64,000 nucleotides of DNA from Micavibrio sp. (GTDB lineage: Bacteria > Pseudomonadota > Alphaproteobacteria > Micavibrionales > Micavibrionaceae), in assembly GCA_019634145.1 (NCBI GenBank), contig JAHQVU010000034.1, positions 1,254-65,253 on the forward strand. The letters are read 5' to 3'. The notes beneath the pieces are model-generated. The model ran no database searches, had not been told where the DNA came from, and was given only the letters and a program-made list of their open reading frames with translations. Numbering within the stretch: the first letter of the stretch is position 1; the number at the start of each line of letters is the position of its first letter. The position numbers were made by a program, and so were the translations under genes. Below are positions 49,983 through 58,532 of the stretch, one piece after another.

Positions 49983-52900
49983 TTAACCCTCCATAATCTC
50001 CAAAACACCCTTCTCGGCTCGGATGTCATTGCGCGCTCCGGCATCAAGGCTATAGCGGCCTGGCAGTTTAAGCTTGGCCACACGCCCGCCATCAATACGC
50101 ACATGCAGATTAATCACAGACATCCCGCGGCGCTCGCGGTCTATACATTCTTTAATCTTCGGCGCTGCCACAGCACTTTCCAAATGAATATCAATCTCGC
50201 GTATTTTGCCTTCAAGCGCCTCTTCCAATGGCTGAATTTTGGTGCATGTGAACCGTATTTGATCCTCACGTGATTCCGCCTCAACGCCTAGTAATAATGG
50301 CTCAGCAGCTATCAAATACTCGCGCGCTCCGGCCAACATCTCAGAAAACAAGGTCACTTCGAAAATCCCTGTCGGATCAGACAGCTGCAAAAACGCATAT
50401 TTAGATCCTTTTTGAGAGACTTTCTCTTGCTTCTTTAAGAGCACACCGGCCATTTGGAAGCGCGATGCGGTAATATTCACCAACTTTTCCTCGACATCCT
50501 TAAGACTGGAAATCCCCAGATTCTCAAACTGGCGCTCACGACTATCCAAGGGGTGCGCGGACAAGTAAAATCCAACGGATTTGAATTCGCGTGACAAGCG
50601 CTCCAACGGATCCCACGGACGTACATCTGGCAGATCAGGCAAACCAAGCGCGTTATCCCCTCCTGCTTCACCAAACAAAGAGACCTGACCACTAGCCTTT
50701 TCATCTGCCAGACTTTGAGAATATCGCAGCACAATCTCTGCACTCGCGGACACCTGAGCCCGATTATCGTTAAGACTGTCAAAACCGCCAGCCGCCGATA
50801 GCCCTTCAAATTGTCGCTTATTCATCACCTTATAATCTAGGCGGGATGCGAAGTCCTCCAGCGATTTATACTCACCACGATCAAGCCGCTCCTTCACCAA
50901 ATGTATCATAGCGCCCTCACCAACCCCTTTCAGTGCGGCCAACGCATAACGTACACCCTCGCCTTCCACAGCAAAATCAGGATAGCTTTTGTTCACATCA
51001 GGCGGATAAAGCGGCAATTCCATCTTATCCATATCCTGCTTGAATACTGAGAGCTTATCGGTATTTCCAAGATCGAGCGTCATAGACGCCGCCATAAACT
51101 GAACGGGATAATTAGCCTTCAGCCACGCCGTCCAATAAGCAATGAGCGCATACGCCGCCGCGTGTGATTTGTTAAAACCATACCCTGCGAACTTCGCGAT
51201 ATTATCAAAAATCGCCGAGGATTGCTCCTTCGGCACATCATTATGTTCTTTCGCTCCATCGACAAACATCTTGCGCTGCGCATCCATCTCGGCCTGAATT
51301 TTCTTACCCATCGCACGGCGCAGCAAATCAGCACCACCAAGCGAATAACCAGACAAAGCCTGCGCCGCGAGCTGCACTTGCTCCTGATAAATCATAATCC
51401 CGTACGTCTCTTCAAGAAATGGCTGAAGCAGCGGATGCATATAATCAGGCTCAATTTTGCCCATCTTCACATCAACATATTTAGGGATATTATCCATCGG
51501 CCCCGGACGATAGAGCGACACAAGCGCGATAATATCTTCAAACTTATCAGGCTTAACTTTCCGAAGCGCATCGCGCATCCCCGCCGATTCCAGCTGGAAC
51601 ACGCCAACAGTATCACCGCGCGTCATAAGCTCATAAGCTTTCGGATCATCCAGCGGCACGGCAAGAATATCGATCTCCTTATCCAGAGTCTCTTTAATGA
51701 GGTCAACTGAACGCTGCACGACCGTCATGGTTTTCAAGCCCAAAAAGTCGAACTTAACAAGGCCAGTCTGCTCGACAAACTTCATATTGAACTGCGTCAC
51801 CGGCATATCAGAGCGTGGGTCACGATAAAGCGGCACAAGCTCATGCAGCGGCCTATCACCAATCACCAGACCCGCCGCATGCGTCGAAGCATGGCGGTAA
51901 AGACCTTCAAGCTGCAGCGCAATCTCGATCAGCTTTTGTGATGTTTCTTCCCTTTTTATCTCCACACGCAGATCCGGGTCATCATCCAGTGCTTGCTGTA
52001 GCGTGACGGGATTGGCCGGATTGTTCGGGATCATTTTGGCCAAGCGATCAACCTGACCATAAGGCATTTGCAAAACGCGCCCCACATCGCGCACCGTATT
52101 TCGTGCCTGCAACTTACCGAATGTGATGATCTGTGCGACCTTATCGCGCCCGTACTTCTCCTGTACATACGCAATTACTTCATCACGACGATCCTGACAA
52201 AAATCAACATCGAAGTCCGGCATAGATACACGCTCAGGGTTCAAGAAACGCTCAAAAAGCAACCCTAAAGACAGCGGATCAAGGTCAGTAATTTTAAGTG
52301 ACCAAGCCACAATAGAGCCCGCACCGGAGCCACGACCCGGCCCCACAGGAATATCATGCTCTTTCGCCCACTTGATAAAATCGGAACAAATCAGGAAATA
52401 TCCTGGAAAGCCCATATCGACAATAATGCCAAGCTCAAACTCCAAACGCTCATAATATGGCCTAGTGAATTCGTCTCGCTCGGCTGCGCTCATCTCCTCG
52501 CCACGCTTTTTTTCTTCGGCAGGAATAACGAAATTCTCGATCCGCCAATCCAAACCTTCTCTGCCTTGCGCGCGCAATTCCTCAACCTCGCTGCGTCCAC
52601 CTTCCGTATCAAAAGGAGGCAAAAGCGGCGCGACAGGCTCAAGCAAATAAGAGCATCTTTGCGCAATTTGAACTGTATTGTGAACCGCTTCCGGCACATC
52701 CGAAAACAGCTCGACCATCTCCGATTCAGACTTAAAATAATGCTCAGGCGTGACTTTGCGGCGATCATCCTCTGACACATAACGCCCCTCACTGATACAA
52801 AGCAGCGCATCATGCGCCTCATAGGCTTCGCGGTCAGGGAAATAACAATCATTTGTCGCAACCAATGGAATGCCATGCTTATAAGCGAGATCAATCAAGC

Positions 52901-53429
52901 GCTCTTCTACCGCCTCTTCCTGAGGCCAGCCATGCCTTTGTAGCTCTATATAGAGACGGTCACCGAAAATTTCCTGTAAAGACAACAGCTCGGCTTCCGC
53001 AGCCTCATCCTGTTTATGAAACAATAAATCATTTATATAGCCTTTCGGCCCGCCACTTAAACAAATCAAACCTTCCGAATGACGCGACAGCTCCTCATGG
53101 CTTACAACCGCCCGCGCATCAATGTCGCCGCCCATATAAGCATCACTGACAAGTTTCGATAGATTGCGAAAACCTGCTTCATTCTGTGCCAATAAAACAA
53201 GCTGATGCGCCTCATCTTTATAAAGCGCCTGAACGCCCATAATCGGCTGCACTCCGGATTTCGCGGCCTCAAGAGCAAATTCCATCGCACCGAACATATT
53301 CGAACTATCCGTAACCGCAACCGCAGGCATCCCCTCGCGCACGCAAATCTTCACAAGGTCCTTAACCTTGATCGCCCCTTCCGCCAGCGAATAGGCAGAA
53401 TGCACATGCAAATGAATAAATTGGCTCAT
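49983..53429 (-). CDS. dnaE: DNA polymerase III alpha subunit
   Basis: 1148 aa with a PHP domain (FIHLHVHSAYSLAEGA), the polymerase core (GLVKFDFLGLKT) and an OB-fold C-terminus. Confidence 0.97.
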   Translation of the reverse strand: MSQFIHLHVHSAYSLAEGAIKVKDLVKICVREGMPAVAVTDSSNMFGAMEFALEAAKSGVQPIMGVQALYKDEAHQLVLLAQNEAGFRNLSKLVSDAYMGGDIDARAVVSHEELSRHSEGLICLSGGPKGYINDLLFHKQDEAAEAELLSLQEIFGDRLYIELQRHGWPQEEAVEERLIDLAYKHGIPLVATNDCYFPDREAYEAHDALLCISEGRYVSEDDRRKVTPEHYFKSESEMVELFSDVPEAVHNTVQIAQRCSYLLEPVAPLLPPFDTEGGRSEVEELRAQGREGLDWRIENFVIPAEEKKRGEEMSAAERDEFTRPYYERLEFELGIIVDMGFPGYFLICSDFIKWAKEHDIPVGPGRGSGAGSIVAWSLKITDLDPLSLGLLFERFLNPERVSMPDFDVDFCQDRRDEVIAYVQEKYGRDKVAQIITFGKLQARNTVRDVGRVLQMPYGQVDRLAKMIPNNPANPVTLQQALDDDPDLRVEIKREETSQKLIEIALQLEGLYRHASTHAAGLVIGDRPLHELVPLYRDPRSDMPVTQFNMKFVEQTGLVKFDFLGLKTMTVVQRSVDLIKETLDKEIDILAVPLDDPKAYELMTRGDTVGVFQLESAGMRDALRKVKPDKFEDIIALVSLYRPGPMDNIPKYVDVKMGKIEPDYMHPLLQPFLEETYGIMIYQEQVQLAAQALSGYSLGGADLLRRAMGKKIQAEMDAQRKMFVDGAKEHNDVPKEQSSAIFDNIAKFAGYGFNKSHAAAYALIAYWTAWLKANYPVQFMAASMTLDLGNTDKLSVFKQDMDKMELPLYPPDVNKSYPDFAVEGEGVRYALAALKGVGEGAMIHLVKERLDRGEYKSLEDFASRLDYKVMNKRQFEGLSAAGGFDSLNDNRAQVSASAEIVLRYSQSLADEKASGQVSLFGEAGGDNALGLPDLPDVRPWDPLERLSREFKSVGFYLSAHPLDSRERQFENLGISSLKDVEEKLVNITASRFQMAGVLLKKQEKVSQKGSKYAFLQLSDPTGIFEVTLFSEMLAGAREYLIAAEPLLLGVEAESREDQIRFTCTKIQPLEEALEGKIREIDIHLESAVAAPKIKECIDRERRGMSVINLHVRIDGGRVAKLKLPGRYSLDAGARNDIRAEKGVLEIMEG

Positions 53430-53611
53430 ATAAACACACTAAACACCTACAAAGCGATATTCAAGAAACCGTTTAAACTCATAAAGAATTTATATGGAGC
53501 AATGCCAATTGCAATCCGTATGGAGGCCAACACCAACCAAGAAAAGAGGGGAGATATGAAAATTATAACAATATTCACATCTGGTAATACGATATAATAA
53601 TTAAAGCGACA

Positions 53612-53632
53612 GTCGTGGCTTATGGCCACGGC
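53612..53632 (-). terminator. Candidate terminator hairpin after lolD
   Basis: cgtggc (53614-53619) / gccacg (53625-53630) with loop ttatg, extendable by 2 bp. The minus-strand downstream sequence is moderately T-rich. Confidence 0.4.
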
Positions 53633-53637
53633 ATTGC

Positions 53638-54339
53638 CTAATCAAATGGCACAATTCGCCCGTTTTTAAGCTCCAAAGCGCGATCCATTCGATCAGCCAG
53701 ATCAATATTATGTGTTGCAATCAACGCCCCGATCCCACGCTGCCGCGCCAAATCAAGCAGCATCTCGAAAACCCCTTCAGACGTATCAGGGTCAAGATTA
53801 CCTGTCGGCTCGTCAGCGAGAAGCAAGATAGGGTCATTGATGAGCGCGCGCCCAATTGCAACACGCTGCTGCTCCCCGCCCGAAAGTTTTGCCGGACGGT
53901 GTGAAAGGCGCTTACCAAGCCCGAGATTTTCAAGAATACCAGCGGCCTTATCCTTTGCTTCACTGCGGTTCACACCAGCAATAATTTGTGGCAAAGCCAC
54001 ATTTTCAACCGCCGTAAATTCAGGCAATAAATGGTGAAATTGATATATAAATCCGATCTTAGAAAGGCGTGTTTGCGTGCGCTCCTTCTCACCCATTTTT
54101 GTTGTCGCCTTAGCATTAATCTTAATAACACCACTTGTCGGCTTATCAAGCAATCCCGCCAGTTGTAAGAGGGTCGACTTCCCTGAACCTGACTGCCCGA
54201 CCAAAGCCACAAGCTCACCTGCATCAACCTTAAGCGAAAGATTCTGGAAGATCGTCAAATTTTGCTCACCCTGAACAAAGGCCTTTTCAAGACCTTCAAT
54301 TTTGAGCAACACATCCTGTTCTAAAGGGTCAATCATCAT
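53638..54339 (-). CDS. lolD: Lipoprotein-releasing system ATP-binding protein LolD
   Basis: 233 aa with Walker A (GQSGSGKST), the ABC signature (LSGGEQQRV) and Walker B (LLLADEPT). Confidence 0.9.
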   Translation of the reverse strand: MMIDPLEQDVLLKIEGLEKAFVQGEQNLTIFQNLSLKVDAGELVALVGQSGSGKSTLLQLAGLLDKPTSGVIKINAKATTKMGEKERTQTRLSKIGFIYQFHHLLPEFTAVENVALPQIIAGVNRSEAKDKAAGILENLGLGKRLSHRPAKLSGGEQQRVAIGRALINDPILLLADEPTGNLDPDTSEGVFEMLLDLARQRGIGALIATHNIDLADRMDRALELKNGRIVPFD

Positions 54340-54762
54340 CTATCTCGTCAGCAAAAATATTGAAACACCGGCCATTAATATACCGACTAAATGCACGATT
54401 TTCATGGGTTCACCCAGGATCATCACTCCAAACAGCACAGCAATAACAACCGGCCCCATACGCACAATCGGCATCGCGATGCTAATCGGCCCGTTAGCGT
54501 TATACATATAGAATATAGCTACATGCGCAACCGTAATGCTGGCACCGACCGCGGCCGCTAATCCCCAAGCCTTTAAACTTAGGTTCGAGAAATCTGGAAG
54601 GCCGCGCTTTATTAAAAAATAACACGATGCAGTTAAAAACGCAGAAGCCGTAGAAATAAGTACAGCATAATCCCCATCGACATGCTTTCCCGTAAGCTTG
54701 GCAAAAATATGAATCCCCGCTGCGCCAATGACCACAATGCCTGCATAGATCAACCAACTCAT
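54340..54762 (-). CDS. Single-EamA-domain (DMT superfamily) 5-TM membrane protein
   Basis: 140 aa with five predicted TM helices and a C-terminal GEPMKIVHLVGILMAGVSIFLL segment typical of EamA domains. Its TAG directly abuts the lolD ATG (0-nt gap). It starts 9 nt after the lolCE stop. Confidence 0.65.
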   Translation of the reverse strand: MSWLIYAGIVVIGAAGIHIFAKLTGKHVDGDYAVLISTASAFLTASCYFLIKRGLPDFSNLSLKAWGLAAAVGASITVAHVAIFYMYNANGPISIAMPIVRMGPVVIAVLFGVMILGEPMKIVHLVGILMAGVSIFLLTR

Positions 54763-54771
54763 TCGTAGCCC

Positions 54772-56013
54772 CTACTCATATCTGAGCGCCTCCACCGGGT
54801 CGAGGCGCGCAGCGCGCCAAGCCGGATAAAGGGTAGCAAGAATAGAAATTGTTAAAGCCATGATTACAACAGCTATAACCTCATGCCACTCCACCTCAGC
54901 TGGCAACTGCGAGAGGAAATAAATCTCGGCAGCAAACAGCTCGGTCCCCGTCAATCCTTCCAAAACTTGACGAATCGTTTCGATATTCAGCGCAAACGTA
55001 ATTCCGAGCATAGCACCTACAAAAGTGCCCGCAACGCCAATGCTCGCGCCCGTCAACATGAAAATCCGCATCATATTACCGCGGCTCGCGCCAATCGTGC
55101 GCATAATCGCAATATCATGCCCCTTATCTTTCACGAGCATAATCATCGAGGAAATAATGTTAAACGCCGCCACGATAATGATCATGGTCAGGATCAGAAA
55201 CATAACATTCCGCTCGACCTGCAACGCATTGTAAAAACTCTCATTCGTATCCCGCCAATCATATACACCTGCCCTACCCTCAATTTCACGCGCGACCATA
55301 CTACGGATGCGTTGCAGCTGCTCAGGGTCTTTGAGGAAAATCTCAAGCGCGGTTACGGCGCCGGGCATCTGAAAGAATGTTTGCGCAGTCTCCAGGGGCA
55401 TAAACACAAACCCGCTATTATATTCATACATTCCGACATCAAAAATCAGCGCTATTTTGTATTTGCGCTGGCGTGGCATTGAACCAAATGGCGTAGATTT
55501 CACCTGTGGCGACGTCAGCACGATATCATCACCTACATGGAGGCGCATTTTTTCGGCCAAAACCGTTCCTATTGCTACAGAATTACCCGAAAAATCATCC
55601 GCCGTTCCGGCCACGATACCATCACGCAAAGTCTCGCGATTCATAAAATCTTCCCAAGACATCCCACGCACTAAAACCCCTTGCGCCCCACCATTCTTCG
55701 AGACAAGCCCTTGGCTTTCCACCATCGGCGAAACCATCTCAATCCCGTCAATATAAATGACACGACTCTTAAGATAATCAAAATCGTATAGTGGCCCTTG
55801 TAAGGAATAGACATTCATGTGACCATTAAGCCCAAGGATACGCCCAAATAGCTCGGCACGAAAGCCGTTCATCACGCTCATCACGATAATCAGCGTCGCA
55901 ACGCCCAGCATGATGCCCGCAAAAGAAAAAGCCGTAATCACACTCACAAAACCTTCGGCTTTCTTAGAGCGTAAATACCGCCAGGCAACCATTCTTTCAA
56001 AAGGTGAAATCAT
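54772..56013 (-). CDS. Lipoprotein-releasing system permease, LolC/LolE family
   Basis: N-terminus MISPFERMVAWRYLRSKK, with an FtsX/MacB-type 4-TM architecture and a periplasmic domain. ATG 56013 is preferred over the track's TTG at 56031. Confidence 0.9.
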   Translation of the reverse strand: MISPFERMVAWRYLRSKKAEGFVSVITAFSFAGIMLGVATLIIVMSVMNGFRAELFGRILGLNGHMNVYSLQGPLYDFDYLKSRVIYIDGIEMVSPMVESQGLVSKNGGAQGVLVRGMSWEDFMNRETLRDGIVAGTADDFSGNSVAIGTVLAEKMRLHVGDDIVLTSPQVKSTPFGSMPRQRKYKIALIFDVGMYEYNSGFVFMPLETAQTFFQMPGAVTALEIFLKDPEQLQRIRSMVAREIEGRAGVYDWRDTNESFYNALQVERNVMFLILTMIIIVAAFNIISSMIMLVKDKGHDIAIMRTIGASRGNMMRIFMLTGASIGVAGTFVGAMLGITFALNIETIRQVLEGLTGTELFAAEIYFLSQLPAEVEWHEVIAVVIMALTISILATLYPAWRAARLDPVEALRYE

Positions 56014-56014
56014 G

Positions 56015-57466
56015 CTAATACGCCTTCGCAATCAAAACCTTGCCCGCGTCATCAAATGGAAGGCAGCGCGGGGTCAAAGAATACTCTTTCATTACACGCT
56101 CATAGTCAGAGTCATTACGGACCACTGCATCTATTCGAACAAACCCAGGGTGCCCATCCTTAAACATTGCCTCAAGCTCCGCTAGACTAGAAACATCCTT
56201 GATCGCATCATCACGCTTGGCTTTAGCAGCCTGTAACATATCAGCCTGCATCTGATCCAAAGTCAGCTCAACACGGTTCAAAAACGCATCAAGACCCTCA
56301 GTTGACTTGCTCTCACGGCCCAAATCACGACGCACAGACGTGACTTCTCCATTCTCAGCCTCACGCCCTCCAATCTCGACACGCACAGAAATCCCCTTCT
56401 TAATCGCATCCCACATTTTATCAGACGTACGCATCTCGCGGCTATCAAGCAATACACGTATACCTTTTTCTTTCAAAGCATCTGCGGCTTTTTGCGCATA
56501 CGTCATCACCTGCTCTTCATTATCATCCATAACCATTGGCAGGATAACAACCTGATGCGGCGCGACTTTTGGCGGCATAATCATACCGTCATCATCACCA
56601 TGAACCATAATCATCCCGCCAATCATGCGGGTTGAAATCCCCCAACTGGTGGTGTGCGCAAGCTGCTCCGCACCATCACGCCCCTGAAACTTGATACCAA
56701 TAGATTTGGAAAAATTCTGACCAAGATCATGTGATGTCCCCGCCTGGAGAGCCTTACCATCTTGCATCAGTGCCTCAATCGTGTAAGTCGCAACTGCACC
56801 GGGGAAGCGCTCATCCTCTGTCTTTTCTCCCGTAATCACAGGCAGTGCCAGATAATCCTCGGCAAAATGACGGTACGCCTCCAGCATTTTAAGAGAATCC
56901 TCTCGAGCCTCTTCCGCTGTCTCAAAAGCATTATGCCCTTCCTGCCATAAAAACTCAGATGTTCGTAAGAACATACGCGTACGCATTTCCCATCTCATGA
57001 CATTACACCATTGGTTAAGCTTTAATGGCAAATCACGGTAGGATTGAATCCAGCGCGCCATGCTATCCCCGATAATCGTCTCCGATGTCGGACGGATTAC
57101 ATATGGCTCTTCCAGCTTCGCCGCTTCCGCCGGTTGCAACTTACCATCAGCGCCCTGCTCAAGGCGGTGATGGGTCACAACGGCACATTCTTTGGCAAAA
57201 CCTTCCACATGCTCTGCCTCGCGAGAAATAAATTCTAGCGGGATCAACAACGGGAAATAAGCATTTTGCACACCATGCTCTTTGATCATACCGTCAAAAA
57301 CACCCTGCATATTCTCCCACAGAGCAAAGCCATAGGGCTTAATAATCATGCACCCACGCACAGGTGAATTCTCGGCCATATCAGCGGCCTTGATCACCTG
57401 CTGATACCATTCGGGAAAATTTTCTTCACGCGTTGGCGTGATGGCTGTTCTTGGTTTTTTACCCAT
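56015..57466 (-). CDS. proS: Proline--tRNA ligase, archaeal/eukaryote-like (Thermus-type) architecture
   Basis: 483 aa (FPEWYQQVI, VRGCMIIKPYGFALWE, RWEMRTRMFLRTSEFLWQEGH, ending ...AKAY). There is no INS editing domain. Confidence 0.93.
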   Translation of the reverse strand: MGKKPRTAITPTREENFPEWYQQVIKAADMAENSPVRGCMIIKPYGFALWENMQGVFDGMIKEHGVQNAYFPLLIPLEFISREAEHVEGFAKECAVVTHHRLEQGADGKLQPAEAAKLEEPYVIRPTSETIIGDSMARWIQSYRDLPLKLNQWCNVMRWEMRTRMFLRTSEFLWQEGHNAFETAEEAREDSLKMLEAYRHFAEDYLALPVITGEKTEDERFPGAVATYTIEALMQDGKALQAGTSHDLGQNFSKSIGIKFQGRDGAEQLAHTTSWGISTRMIGGMIMVHGDDDGMIMPPKVAPHQVVILPMVMDDNEEQVMTYAQKAADALKEKGIRVLLDSREMRTSDKMWDAIKKGISVRVEIGGREAENGEVTSVRRDLGRESKSTEGLDAFLNRVELTLDQMQADMLQAAKAKRDDAIKDVSSLAELEAMFKDGHPGFVRIDAVVRNDSDYERVMKEYSLTPRCLPFDDAGKVLIAKAY

Positions 57467-57469
57467 ATC

Positions 57470-57955
57470 TTAATCCTGCGGATACTGCCCTTGCAGTACC
57501 TCTCCTTTTATGACTTCACTCCCTCCCCTAACTGGTGGAGCGGCTTTTTTCTTCACTATAGGGGGTGAACTTATGATATCGGACGCCGCCTGTCTATCAA
57601 CTTGCACATCACTTTCACAAATTTCTTCGACTTTTTGGCTCACATCCTGCCCGTTATATTCAATACGCCCATCGGGGTAGATCGCTATGCTTGAAACCAC
57701 GGGCTTAAGCTCAGTTCCGGCAGGGAGTACAAGACCATAGCGCTGCGCCAGATTTATCTCAATAGGAATAAGAATCGCACCAGGTGAAGCATTGAGCGGA
57801 TTAATATCCGCCGGCACGTCATGATCCGGCTTAAAATTAACATCATCGCCAGCTTTATACCCAGCTTTATACATTGACAGCCGCTTGCAAAAGACCTCAT
57901 TGGCTTGCGCCGGAAAGGCAAACAATAACAAGAATAAAAATACGCATAGCCTCAT
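57470..57955 (-). CDS. Hypothetical secreted protein
   Basis: 161 aa with the signal peptide MRLCVFLFLLLFAFPAQA. It overlaps the upstream DUF1467-like gene by 4 nt and ends 3 nt before the proS start. Confidence 0.55.
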   Translation of the reverse strand: MRLCVFLFLLLFAFPAQANEVFCKRLSMYKAGYKAGDDVNFKPDHDVPADINPLNASPGAILIPIEINLAQRYGLVLPAGTELKPVVSSIAIYPDGRIEYNGQDVSQKVEEICESDVQVDRQAASDIISSPPIVKKKAAPPVRGGSEVIKGEVLQGQYPQD

Positions 57956-58197
57956 TCCACATCCTCTTTAGCCATATCTACCGCCAAATCATGAAAACTA
58001 ATGACATTCATTTCAATTAATGCATATATGCCAAGCCAAATAACAACAGAAAGCACAGTGGTAAAGACAAATTTACGCCATAACTGTGGGTCATCGGGCT
58101 TGCCCGTCTCATCCCGCTTAAGAGAAAATGGCAACACGGTAAAAAGAGCTGTCCACCAGACGAGAAAAAAAACTGTAATACCGGAAACGAGACCCAT
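57952..58197 (-). CDS. DUF1467-like small membrane protein
   Basis: 81 aa with two TM helices (ITVFFLVWWTALFTVLPF...). It resembles the small conserved alphaproteobacterial DUF1467 family. Confidence 0.6.
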   Translation of the reverse strand: MGLVSGITVFFLVWWTALFTVLPFSLKRDETGKPDDPQLWRKFVFTTVLSVVIWLGIYALIEMNVISFHDLAVDMAKEDVE

Positions 58198-58532
58198 GAT
58201 TTACCATAAAAATTGACTTGTGTGTAATATAATATACCTAAACTCTAATAGAGCAAAGAGCAATGAAAACAATAGCCCTCAAGTAATGGACTGTAATAAT
58301 GATAGTAAATGTCAGTATAAGGCGGCATCAAATGTAGACGGCTTCAACACCCTTACAGGTATATAAAAGAAGAATTAATATAAACCCAATGCAATTTAAT
58401 AATATTGCATCTAAATTCTCTGAATCTCTTTCAGAATCAGGCGATGCGCACAAGAAGTTACCCCCCAATATTGTAACTGTAACACCGGCTATGACAAAAC
58501 ATAGCCAGAATATTATAGCCAGCTTTAAATAA

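Noticed and set aside
53430-53637. Possible small genes or an RNA in the dnaE-lolD spacer. The candidates are the 60-aa minus-strand ORF at 53447-53629 and a 13-codon plus-strand ORF (MKIITIFTSGNTI) preceded by AAGAGGGGAG.
   Set aside because: The 60-aa ORF is an Ile/Phe/Leu-rich translation of AT-rich DNA with no SD. The 13-codon ORF points away from both neighbouring genes and has no partner. No tRNA-like cloverleaf or conserved RNA motif is visible. The spacer is most simply the lolD terminator plus the dnaE promoter.
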